Part shown: piece after piece, positions 44,836 through 53,500 of the stretch
Position numbering within the stretch: the first letter of the stretch is position 1
Layout: each line of letters starts with the position of its first letter
Source of the DNA: a virus
Taxonomy: Duplodnaviria; Caudoviricetes
IMG/VR virus record: IMGVR_UViG_3300024431_000003
Location: 1 to 61,313 of that record
Length of the DNA stretch: 61,313 bases
Strand: one strand, 5' to 3'
Program-made: the position numbers and the translations under genes
Notes under the pieces: generated by a model
Seen by the model: only the letters and a program-made list of their open reading frames with translations
Told to the model about the DNA's origin: nothing
The model's database searches: none

Positions 44836-45849
44836 ATGGCACAGGAAGACAAAAAAGACGACGACCTAGTTATGGTCGGCGATGGCGTCGATAAGGAGGA
44901 TCAAGTAATGATCCCCGCAGACGACGATGAAGACGGTGGTGAGGGATCCGGAGAAGACGAAGACGGTGAACTCGCGGCGGGAAGTGATGACCAACGACTC
45001 GGTGGAGGTGAAGCAGTAGACGACGAGAAGATTGCTGCTCGTAGGACAGAGCGCAAGACGCGTCGTCAGCGGCAGAAGGATGCAAGGGATCGCGATCAAC
45101 GCGAACTAGGATTCCTTCGTAGTCGCAATGAGCAGGTCGAGAAGCAACTCGGTGAGTTATCTCGTCGTGTGGACGCGAGCGAAAATGCTTCTATCGATGG
45201 TCGTATCTCGCAGATAGATCGGGCGATTGAAAGTGCTGAAGATGTGTATGCGAAGGCGATGGACGCGGGAGAAGGGAAGGACGCTGTAGAAGCTCAGCGC
45301 ATCCGTGACGGACTGCGAGATCAGAAGAACTACCTCACTCAGTACAAGGAGCAAGGCGGAGCAAGATCACAGGCTGAAGCCGAAGGACCAGATCCAATGC
45401 TCGTAGAGCAGGTGCGAACGTGGCACGAACGGAATACATGGTTTGACTTCGGACGTCGGGATGAAGACTCTGCTATCGCTGGTGCGATCGACGATATGTT
45501 GATGCGTGATGGTTATGACCCAAGGACGCCAGAGTATTATGATGAGTTGGACAAGCGTGTCGGAAGACGTCTACCTCATCTAGCGCAAGGCGGAGGCAAA
45601 GGGAACGGGATAGACGACGATGATGACCTGGATGATACGGGTGATCAACGAGGAGGGGAAAGGAAACCTGGAGGACCGAGATTCCGCGTCGGCGGTAAAG
45701 AACGTCCTCTGAGAAGTAATGAAGTCCACATCAGCCGTGAACGTCGTGAAGCGATGGAAGAGGCGGGTGTCTGGGAAGATCCGGTACTCAGGAAGAAGTA
45801 TCTAAAACGATACTCCGAATGGGACCGCGAGCATGCTTCAGACGCATAG
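44836..45849 (+). CDS. Capsid scaffolding protein
   Basis: Acidic N-terminus, coiled coil, WHERNTWF and YDPRTPEYYDELDKR; position in the head operon. Confidence 0.65.
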   Translation: MAQEDKKDDDLVMVGDGVDKEDQVMIPADDDEDGGEGSGEDEDGELAAGSDDQRLGGGEAVDDEKIAARRTERKTRRQRQKDARDRDQRELGFLRSRNEQVEKQLGELSRRVDASENASIDGRISQIDRAIESAEDVYAKAMDAGEGKDAVEAQRIRDGLRDQKNYLTQYKEQGGARSQAEAEGPDPMLVEQVRTWHERNTWFDFGRRDEDSAIAGAIDDMLMRDGYDPRTPEYYDELDKRVGRRLPHLAQGGGKGNGIDDDDDLDDTGDQRGGERKPGGPRFRVGGKERPLRSNEVHISRERREAMEEAGVWEDPVLRKKYLKRYSEWDREHASDA

Positions 45850-45885
45850 TGTGGACAGCAATCCACTGAATGAGAGGGTTAGAAA

Positions 45886-46503
45886 ATGAGTGACAGTAGA
45901 GTAGGTAAACCAAGCACGAGACGGAAGAAAGCTCCGAGTAAAGTACGGAAGAGTCGTGCGGCCTCTGATCGTAAGAGTGCCGAGACAGTAAGAGTACTAT
46001 CAGACGAAGAGCGTTTGGATGAGTTTCGTAAATCTTTTTTCCAGTCTGTACTCCCGGATCTTCCTACAATTCCGGGATACCATGTTTGCTGGTTGACAAC
46101 CACAAATCCCAGAGACTCGATTCCATCTCGAGTGCGTCTAGGTTACGCGCCAGTCAAGAGTGAAGACATTCCCGGATGGGAACATGCTACGCTCAAAGGC
46201 GGCGAGTGGGCAGGATGTATCGGTGTGAACGAGATGATCGCATTCAAGCTTCCCATGCACTTGTATGAAGCTTACATGCGTGAAGCGCATCATTCGCAAC
46301 CTCTGTACGAGGAGCAGAAGCTTTCATCGGTCATTGACGTGATCAGAGAAGAGGCAGCAGCAGCCGCGAAGAGTGGCTCTCGTGGGATTAGGTTTGAGCT
46401 AGAAGAAGGCATGGAAGAACTGGGACAGGTCCTGGAGCCGGGATCCTTCGCTGAGAATTTGGGAGAAGTCCCAGAAGGCGAAGGGGAAGCGGCGACAGGT
46501 TAA
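45886..46503 (+). CDS. Head-associated hypothetical protein
   Basis: LPTIPGYHVCWL..RLGYAPV motif upstream of the capsid gene. Confidence 0.65.
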   Translation: MSDSRVGKPSTRRKKAPSKVRKSRAASDRKSAETVRVLSDEERLDEFRKSFFQSVLPDLPTIPGYHVCWLTTTNPRDSIPSRVRLGYAPVKSEDIPGWEHATLKGGEWAGCIGVNEMIAFKLPMHLYEAYMREAHHSQPLYEEQKLSSVIDVIREEAAAAAKSGSRGIRFELEEGMEELGQVLEPGSFAENLGEVPEGEGEAATG

Positions 46504-46529
46504 TCAATCTGTATCAGGAGTAATAAGCA

Positions 46530-47087
46530 ATGAGTCTTCTCGCTGCTCCGTTCGGATTGCGACCATCGTACAGTCCTTCTGGGGCTGTTCGTCCGGGTCC
46601 ACTTGGCACTATCGTCTCTGCTCACCCTGCGACTATTTTTCAGTATGAGCCGATTCAGATAAATGCCGCTGGATTCATAGTCGGTGCCGCTGCCGGTGCA
46701 AGAGCCATAGGTTCTTTCATGGGAGTGGAGTGGGATGATGTCGAAGGACGTCATCGTGTCTCCAATCGGTGGATAGCCAACACGGTCGCTACGAACATTC
46801 GTGCCTATTACATCCAAGGTCAAGATCAAGTTGTATATGAGATTCAGGCAAACGCCGGTCTCGTTCAAGCTGACATCGGTCAGCAATACAACTGGACTGC
46901 ACTCGCAGGATCTACGATCACTGGCTTGTCCAGTGTCGCCTTGGATACGGCAACTGCTGGTGCCAACGCTGGTCTGCGAATCTTGGGTCTCAATCCAGGT
47001 CCGGACAATGAACTGACGGATGCATTTCCGATTGTTCTTGTTCAGATCTCTGAGCATCAACTAGTCGCTGACCAAGCTTCAATCTAA
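46530..47087 (+). CDS. Capsid decoration/cement-like protein
   Basis: APFGLRP motif, beta-rich, immediately upstream of the MCP. Confidence 0.55.
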   Translation: MSLLAAPFGLRPSYSPSGAVRPGPLGTIVSAHPATIFQYEPIQINAAGFIVGAAAGARAIGSFMGVEWDDVEGRHRVSNRWIANTVATNIRAYYIQGQDQVVYEIQANAGLVQADIGQQYNWTALAGSTITGLSSVALDTATAGANAGLRILGLNPGPDNELTDAFPIVLVQISEHQLVADQASI

Positions 47088-47100
47088 GGAGGACTAGACT

Positions 47101-48015
47101 ATGGCTGTTCCAATGCGCAGCACTGACTTCAGGTCAGTAGTAGAGCCCATCTTGAACGAGGTTTTCGATGGCATCTACAATCAAAGAGCCGATGAATGGA
47201 AGGCATGCTTTGTGGAACGTCCGGGTATCCCCCGTTCGTACCATGAAGAGCCTGTCCTTTACGGGTTCGGGGCTGCTCCAGAGCTCCCCGATGGTCTGCC
47301 GGTAACTTATCAATCCGGTGGAGTGCTCTTCATCCAGCGTTATGTCTATCGAGTGTATGGACTCGCCTTCGCCTTGACGAAAGTCTTGGTGGAAGACGGT
47401 GATCATATCAAGATCGGCACGATCTACGCTGAGCATCTCGCTCAGTCCATGATCGAAACGAAGGAGACGTTGACCGCCAACATCTTCAATCGTGCCTTCA
47501 ATGGTGCGTTTGTCGGTGGCGACGGTGTCTCTCTAGTCAACGCTGCTCACCCGATCGCTAACGGAACGTTCAGTAACTTGCTCTCAACGTCTGCTGCTCT
47601 ATCGCAGACGTCCCTGGAGCAGATGCTGATTCAGGTCCGGAACGCGGTCGACAACAACGGTAAACGAATCCGGTTGACGCCGAAGAAGATTGTGGCTGGT
47701 CCCAGTCAGGTCTTCCAGGCTGAAGTTCTGCTGAAGAGCGTTCTTCGTGCCGGAACCGCGAACAACGACATCAACCCGGTCAAGTCCATGGGTCTGTTGA
47801 GTGACGGTCAGGCTAATCTTAGCCGGATCACCTCAACGACTGCATGGTGGATCGGTACTGATGCTCCTCGCGGTCTTCAGTTGCTCATGCGACGCAAGAT
47901 GGAGAAGTCAATGGAAGGCGACTTCGAAACTGATTCCATGCGTTACAAGGCGACGGAGCGGTATTGGCCGTCATGGACCGATCCTCGGACGGTCTTCGGT
48001 ACTCCGGGTCTGTAA
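47101..48015 (+). CDS. Major capsid protein (Mu gpT-like HK97 fold)
   Basis: GFGAAP, LAQSM..TKE..ANIFN, GGDG.SL..AHP, NNDINP and GDFETDSMRYKATERY..WTDPR. Confidence 0.9.
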   Translation: MAVPMRSTDFRSVVEPILNEVFDGIYNQRADEWKACFVERPGIPRSYHEEPVLYGFGAAPELPDGLPVTYQSGGVLFIQRYVYRVYGLAFALTKVLVEDGDHIKIGTIYAEHLAQSMIETKETLTANIFNRAFNGAFVGGDGVSLVNAAHPIANGTFSNLLSTSAALSQTSLEQMLIQVRNAVDNNGKRIRLTPKKIVAGPSQVFQAEVLLKSVLRAGTANNDINPVKSMGLLSDGQANLSRITSTTAWWIGTDAPRGLQLLMRRKMEKSMEGDFETDSMRYKATERYWPSWTDPRTVFGTPGL

Positions 48016-48041
48016 GATCGGAGAGTAAGTAAAAAGAGGGT

Positions 48042-48093
48042 GGGAGCCCAACGTGAACGGGCTCCCTAACTCCTCCGGACGTGAAACGGAGGA
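48042..48093 (+). promoter_or_regulatory. Tandem hairpins sharing an ACGTGAA loop
   Basis: GGGAGCCC-aACGTGAAc-GGGCTCCC and TCCTCCG-gACGTGAAa-CGGAGGA. Confidence 0.65.
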
Positions 48094-48113
48094 ACCAACT
48101 TTAGGAGAACGAA

Positions 48114-48809
48114 ATGGCATTACGAGATAGCATTATTACGAACTTCGGAAACGGTCTAACTAACCGTCCCGATGACAGCCTCTTCCAAGCGATGGCGATG
48201 TTGGATCCAACTCGTCATCACACGTACATGGAAGACTTTGACTATTACCTCGCCGCCGATTGGGTGGTCACTGAGGTAGGAGTCGCGACTCAGGCACTGG
48301 CAGACGCTGATGGTGGCGTTCTGTTGATTACGAACGCAGCAGCGGACAACGATTCGTCCTTCTCCAATAAGGTCGGAGAAGCTTGGGTGATTGAAGCAAG
48401 CCGGAAGTCTTACTTCCGAGCAAGGTTAGCGATCAACGAAGTGCTTCAGTCTGAATTTATTGCCGGTCTACAGATTACTGATACGAGTCCGCTCGCGGTC
48501 TCCGATGGTATCTGGTTCCAGAGTGATGACGGTGACGCCAGCCTGGACATCCATCACGCTATCGGTAGCGTCGTGACTGAGGACTTGGCGATCGCCACTC
48601 TTGTGGACGATACATTCCTCACGATGGAATGGTACTGGGATGGAATCTCGCGGTTCTATTACGGTGTCAACGGCATTCCACTCGGCTTCTTGGAACCGGC
48701 GAATCCGGTCACGACTGAGCTGACCGTCAGCTTCGGTGTACAGAATGGCGAAGCAGTAGCCAAGACGATGAGTCTGGATTATATCTTCGCAGCGAAAGAG
48801 AGGGCATAA
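48114..48809 (+). CDS. Structural protein (beta-sandwich/lectin-like)
   Basis: Follows the MCP; YMEDFD..MSLDYIFAAKER. Confidence 0.6.
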   Translation: MALRDSIITNFGNGLTNRPDDSLFQAMAMLDPTRHHTYMEDFDYYLAADWVVTEVGVATQALADADGGVLLITNAAADNDSSFSNKVGEAWVIEASRKSYFRARLAINEVLQSEFIAGLQITDTSPLAVSDGIWFQSDDGDASLDIHHAIGSVVTEDLAIATLVDDTFLTMEWYWDGISRFYYGVNGIPLGFLEPANPVTTELTVSFGVQNGEAVAKTMSLDYIFAAKERA

Positions 48810-48811
48810 TC

Positions 48812-49447
48812 ATGAGACCCGTCATTCAATCTAGACAACTGGACTTAGCGGATCCCAATGGGATCTTCGAGGATCAGCAGATTGGTGGTGCGGGAAACCT
48901 TGTACTTGATGGTGCCTTCGTAACTGATGGTGTCGCATTCTTGGATGTTCAGAGACAAGTAATACTTGATTCTGCTGGCAACTTGAGTGCGATCACCTTC
49001 ACTATCACAGGCACGGATGAACAAGGTCGCACTATCAGCGAGGCCATCGCAGGTCCGAACGCTGGATCCGTTGCGACATCTCTGGACTTCTTCACGGTGA
49101 CGCAGATCGCGGTTTCGGCTGCTGTCGGCACTGACGTGGACGGTGGAACGAATGGACTAGGAGGTTCAATTCCTATCCCCATTGATCAGTATCTCAATCC
49201 GACTAACATCGGTCTGGCGGTCACGGTCACAGGGACGGTGGATGTTACCGTTCAGCATACGTTCGATGATGTCTTCAGCGATGATCCGTCTACTCTCTTT
49301 GCGTGGTTCGATCACCCGACACTGGTGAACGTCGTCGCGAACGGAGATGGAAACTTAGCTTTTCCACCGAAGGCAGTTCGGCTCTTTACTAACTCAGGCG
49401 TCGGAACAGCAGGGTTCAGCCTGATTCAAGCAGGAGCAGTCTCATGA
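48812..49447 (+). CDS. Structural protein
   Basis: FTITGTD..TISE.IAGPN..VQHTFDD; beta-rich. Confidence 0.6.
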   Translation: MRPVIQSRQLDLADPNGIFEDQQIGGAGNLVLDGAFVTDGVAFLDVQRQVILDSAGNLSAITFTITGTDEQGRTISEAIAGPNAGSVATSLDFFTVTQIAVSAAVGTDVDGGTNGLGGSIPIPIDQYLNPTNIGLAVTVTGTVDVTVQHTFDDVFSDDPSTLFAWFDHPTLVNVVANGDGNLAFPPKAVRLFTNSGVGTAGFSLIQAGAVS

Positions 49448-49986
49448 GCATCGCGCAAGATATGTCAGGCAGAACTGTCGATCCGACGTTGCGTCTGTTG
49501 GCTAATCCGGATCTTCTACAGAAGCGGATTGATCAATTGGATGCTGCTACGGCGAAGGCTCAGGCTGTCATCGACAGAGTTGGTCCCATTGAGGACTTGG
49601 AGAAAGTCAGAGCTCAGGCAGACGCTGAACTCGCAAAGCAGAAGGAGATAACAAAGGAAGCGCATGAAGAATGCGAACGGCTGATATCCGAGGCGAATGA
49701 ACAGGCAACGCAAATCCGTGAACGAGCGGATGTCAGTGCATCGGAGACAGTATCCAAGGCGAATAGCCTTGCGAAGCAAGCAGAAGCGATCAGCGCTGGC
49801 GCGAAGCAAGAAGCGTCAGTAGCGAACCGAGAGATGACGGTCTTATCCGCTCGGAAGAGCGAGTATGATCATAAAGACACCGCACTCCAGCAGAGAGCTG
49901 ATGCACTTGACATTCAAGAGCAGGAGCTTACAGGGGAAAAGACGAGGCTCGCAGATTTGCGCGACCTCATTCAAAAAGCTCTCTGA
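49444..49986 (+). CDS. Coiled-coil protein
   Basis: Ala/Glu/Lys heptads. Confidence 0.6.
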   Translation: MSIAQDMSGRTVDPTLRLLANPDLLQKRIDQLDAATAKAQAVIDRVGPIEDLEKVRAQADAELAKQKEITKEAHEECERLISEANEQATQIRERADVSASETVSKANSLAKQAEAISAGAKQEASVANREMTVLSARKSEYDHKDTALQQRADALDIQEQELTGEKTRLADLRDLIQKAL

Positions 49987-49994
49987 GGTAGCCT

Positions 49995-51245
49995 ATGACT
50001 GCTCAGTCAGGATTAGGATTCGCCGGGATTGTTGCCATCAACATCCCTGATGATGGTGCGACCGGCGAAGTCCTTACTAAACTCACTCCCGATAACTACG
50101 ACTACGACTGGGCTGCCGGGGGAGGAGGCGGAGCTCCAGCCGATGCTGAGTATGTAGTCATCTCTCTGGATCCCACGCTCACCGACGAGCGTGTTCTTAC
50201 AGCAGGAGCCGACATTGACATCGTTGATGGTGGAGCGGGTGGAGCCGTCACCATCAGTGTCACTCCAGGAGCTTTCGGCGATGTCTTCAAGGTCGGCACT
50301 CCGGTCGATAATCAGGTTGGTGTTTGGACAGGCGACGGCACGATAGAAGGCACGGTCAATCTCACTGCTGTTGACGGTGTGAGGTTCGACTTAATAGTTA
50401 CGACACCAGCACCCGACGCTCTGGATGAGCGAGGGTACATGATCGTCAATACCAATTCGGTCTCCAACCCGGATGGATGGTCGATTGTACCGGGAGTGCC
50501 GGGACTGTTTGATGGTGAACTTATCATCAGTGACGAACCGACCGATGTTGTCAACAACCTCAATGTTCGGTTCCTTAAAAACAACGCAACGACATTCGGT
50601 ATTGGTGCTCGCGTTCCCATCAACTCTACATTCGGAGCAACAGCAGCCGGAGCGCTTGCGTTCTTCATGCCGCAAGACACGACTGGACGCGAGGAAACTA
50701 AGATTTCCTTCGTCGGCTTCGTTGGTGGCACTGGACACGAAGGCGTTTTCAGCATCGAAGGATTTGCATACGGTGACGCCGGTCTGCAATTCCATCGGCT
50801 TGCCCACTTCGTCATTGATGCTGACTACCGGACACACGTTGATATTCTTGGAATTTTATCCGTAGAAACGGAGACAGTCCTTGCGGGTGATTTAGCGTGT
50901 ATGGGACATACCGCAGCAGATGGTCTACAACTGATAGGACAGGGCTCAGTCAACGATGTAACCATCTTCAACGATCTCGCCGTTGCGGTCATTGAGATCC
51001 CGACTGGCACTACTGAGGTGAACTTCGCAGGAACGGTGAGGATTGTAACAGGCTTTCTTCAGACTACGACAGTCACGGATGCACTACTGAATGATATCAC
51101 TGATCCGGTCAATACGAATGCCGACAAGATTCAAGGAGCGCAACTTTATAACTCCTCACAAGACGTTCCGGTCTGGGCTGTCGGTGCGGCTGATGGTGAT
51201 GTCTGGGTGGACGGTGCTGGTACGACCGTCAACACTCCGGTATAG
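49995..51245 (+). CDS. Fibre/spike-like structural protein
   Basis: GATGEVLTK motif; modules shared with 53501-55915. Confidence 0.6.
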   Translation: MTAQSGLGFAGIVAINIPDDGATGEVLTKLTPDNYDYDWAAGGGGGAPADAEYVVISLDPTLTDERVLTAGADIDIVDGGAGGAVTISVTPGAFGDVFKVGTPVDNQVGVWTGDGTIEGTVNLTAVDGVRFDLIVTTPAPDALDERGYMIVNTNSVSNPDGWSIVPGVPGLFDGELIISDEPTDVVNNLNVRFLKNNATTFGIGARVPINSTFGATAAGALAFFMPQDTTGREETKISFVGFVGGTGHEGVFSIEGFAYGDAGLQFHRLAHFVIDADYRTHVDILGILSVETETVLAGDLACMGHTAADGLQLIGQGSVNDVTIFNDLAVAVIEIPTGTTEVNFAGTVRIVTGFLQTTTVTDALLNDITDPVNTNADKIQGAQLYNSSQDVPVWAVGAADGDVWVDGAGTTVNTPV

Positions 51246-51254
51246 GAAAACGAT

Positions 51255-51569
51255 ATGGCAAGACCAGAACAAGAAGGAATCAAATGGTGGAAGTGCTGCC
51301 CGACTTGTCTGTGGGCTGCGAACACGAAGAATGCTGACAATGACAATCCGAAGTGTCCGAACTGTAATAACCCGAATCTCGATGTCTGCACAGACTTTGA
51401 AGTATTCAGGGAACTGAGATACGATGTTTCTGTTCGCAACGACAGACAGCAAGTCGTGGCAGATCAAGTGCGACAGGATGCAGGTCGACCACCAGCACCA
51501 CCAGATACAGTGAACACACAGAATCAGGGTTTCAACTACGGATCAGGTCCAAGACCTTTTCCACCATAG
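51255..51569 (+). CDS. Zn-ribbon protein
   Basis: CPTC...CPNC. Confidence 0.6.
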   Translation: MARPEQEGIKWWKCCPTCLWAANTKNADNDNPKCPNCNNPNLDVCTDFEVFRELRYDVSVRNDRQQVVADQVRQDAGRPPAPPDTVNTQNQGFNYGSGPRPFPP

Positions 51570-51578
51570 GAGAAAGAG

Positions 51579-52043
51579 ATGGAAGGTTTCAAGCAAGGCG
51601 CACAGACAGGCGGACTAGTGTCCCATGGAAAGACGATGGGATTCAAGCATGGCGGACAGGTGAAGCAGTCTCCGCAGTTTTTACAGAAGACCAGCACGAT
51701 GAAGCAGAAGCCGACAGGCGAGCAACGAACGCAGCCGTCTAGTGAAGACGACAAGGCGCTCGGCGGAAAGTCTACGCTCATGCCTGGATACAACGAAGGT
51801 GGATACGTCAAGTGCAAGCACGGCGGAAAGATGGCGTACAAGAAAGGCGGCAAGTATTACATGAAGAAAGGTGGGAAGATGATTCCGTACGCGCACGGTG
51901 GAAAGGTCGCATCGGCTGCTCACAAGACTCACACGATGCCTGATCGTAGTCAGGGTGAGGGAGTTCAGCCAGCGCAACGCGGAGCGAAGATGGTCGGCAA
52001 GGGTGGAAAGACTGGCGCTCACAAGTATCTCCATAAGAACTAA
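51579..52043 (+). CDS. Basic protein built from xxGG repeats
   Basis: FKHGGQV, YNEGGYV, YKKGGKY, MKKGGKM and YAHGGKV. Confidence 0.7.
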   Translation: MEGFKQGAQTGGLVSHGKTMGFKHGGQVKQSPQFLQKTSTMKQKPTGEQRTQPSSEDDKALGGKSTLMPGYNEGGYVKCKHGGKMAYKKGGKYYMKKGGKMIPYAHGGKVASAAHKTHTMPDRSQGEGVQPAQRGAKMVGKGGKTGAHKYLHKN

Positions 52044-52054
52044 GGAGCGGGTAG

Positions 52055-53128
52055 ATGGCAACATCAGGAACAGTCGGCCAGACGGTCTTTGAAACGAGGA
52101 AGGTGATAGACCATGCCTTCCGTCGTTGCAAAGTTCCGCCTCAGGCTATCACTCCGGAACATATAGACACGGCTCTGGATCTGCTGTGGTTGAATCTGTC
52201 TTCGCTGTCTTCGTACGGAATCCCTCTCTGGGTTCTTGAGAAGACTATCTTGCCCATCTACAGAGGTGAGCGGTCAGTTCCGTTACCAGTCGGAAGCGTT
52301 GACGTGCAGAGTATGAACCTTCGTGATCTCAACCGAACGCTCGGTACGAACAGCGCGAGTGAGGGAGTTGCGGACAATGCCTTTGACACTGATCTGACGA
52401 CAGCGTGTGTCCAGGTAGCTCCGGCTGGAAATATTCAGGTGGACTTCGGTGCTGACAATCAAACTCAGGTCGATACATTCGGTATCTTCTTCAATGCGAC
52501 TGCGACGTGGGACATTATCATTCAAGGATCGCAGGATGGAGTGTCTTATACGGACCTCTATACGAACGCGACTCTCGCAGCCGTCGCCGGAGACTGGTTC
52601 TGGGTAGATTTGGAGCAGCAAATCCCGTTCAGGTTCTTCCGACTGCTCGCTCAAGGTACAACAGTCCTCAATGTAGCTGAATTCTTCCTTGGAAACACTG
52701 CAAATGAAGTTCCAATGCCGAAAATCAGCCTGGACTCGTACTCGAACCTCCCGGATAAGCAGTTTCTGAGCCGTCCGACGGAGTATTGGTTTGATAAATC
52801 AGCAGCCGCGCAAGGTGGAAGGATGATTGCGACGGTCTGGCCTCCTCCGGACACTGAATTCACGTTCTTTCAGTACGTTCTCTACATCAAACGTCAGATT
52901 CAGGACGTCGGCACGATGCAGCAGGAGATTGAAGTGCCGCAACGATGGTATGAGTTCGTGATTACGGACTTATCGCGGAAGCTCGTGCGTGAAATACCTG
53001 AAGCGGACATCAGTCGCCTTCCTATTCTGGACCAAGACTTCATGATTGAGTCTAAGAACGCTTGGACCGGAGAGGATGACGGTTCTCCAGTGCGGATTAC
53101 CCCAAGGATCGGAGTCTACACGCGATGA
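52055..53128 (+). CDS. Head-tail adaptor with an inserted discoidin/galactose-binding-like domain
   Basis: MATSGT..IDHAFRRC, NAFD..QGSQDG..FRFFRL, RPTEYWFD, VWPPPD and EVPQRWY. Confidence 0.65.
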   Translation: MATSGTVGQTVFETRKVIDHAFRRCKVPPQAITPEHIDTALDLLWLNLSSLSSYGIPLWVLEKTILPIYRGERSVPLPVGSVDVQSMNLRDLNRTLGTNSASEGVADNAFDTDLTTACVQVAPAGNIQVDFGADNQTQVDTFGIFFNATATWDIIIQGSQDGVSYTDLYTNATLAAVAGDWFWVDLEQQIPFRFFRLLAQGTTVLNVAEFFLGNTANEVPMPKISLDSYSNLPDKQFLSRPTEYWFDKSAAAQGGRMIATVWPPPDTEFTFFQYVLYIKRQIQDVGTMQQEIEVPQRWYEFVITDLSRKLVREIPEADISRLPILDQDFMIESKNAWTGEDDGSPVRITPRIGVYTR

Positions 53129-53490
53129 GTCTATTTATAGATCCTTCTGGCTCGTCATCTTTCGGAATTGGCATCTGTGCGCGATGCAGCCGAAAGATGA
53201 AGCTGGAAGATCTATACGATGACCCGAATGCTCCGGGTCTCAAAGTATGCCTGGACGATCTGGATGACTTTGATCCGTATCGTCTTGCAGCGCGACCAAC
53301 TGAGGAGATCAATCTTCTGTATGTTCGGCCGGATAGACAGTTGACTGACCTCGGTAGTGATCCGACGACTACACTACTATATACGCGCAGCACAAGCGGG
53401 AACGACACGAACATTCGAATAACAGAGTCTGGCGATTATCGTGAAATTGAACAGGCACCAGATGGCGGAATTCCGCCGTGGACACTCTAG
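53125..53490 (+). CDS. Conserved Zn-binding structural-region protein
   Basis: GICARC..PGLKVC..DPYRL..RPD. Confidence 0.65.
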   Translation: MSLFIDPSGSSSFGIGICARCSRKMKLEDLYDDPNAPGLKVCLDDLDDFDPYRLAARPTEEINLLYVRPDRQLTDLGSDPTTTLLYTRSTSGNDTNIRITESGDYREIEQAPDGGIPPWTL

Positions 53491-53500
53491 GAGTTAACAG

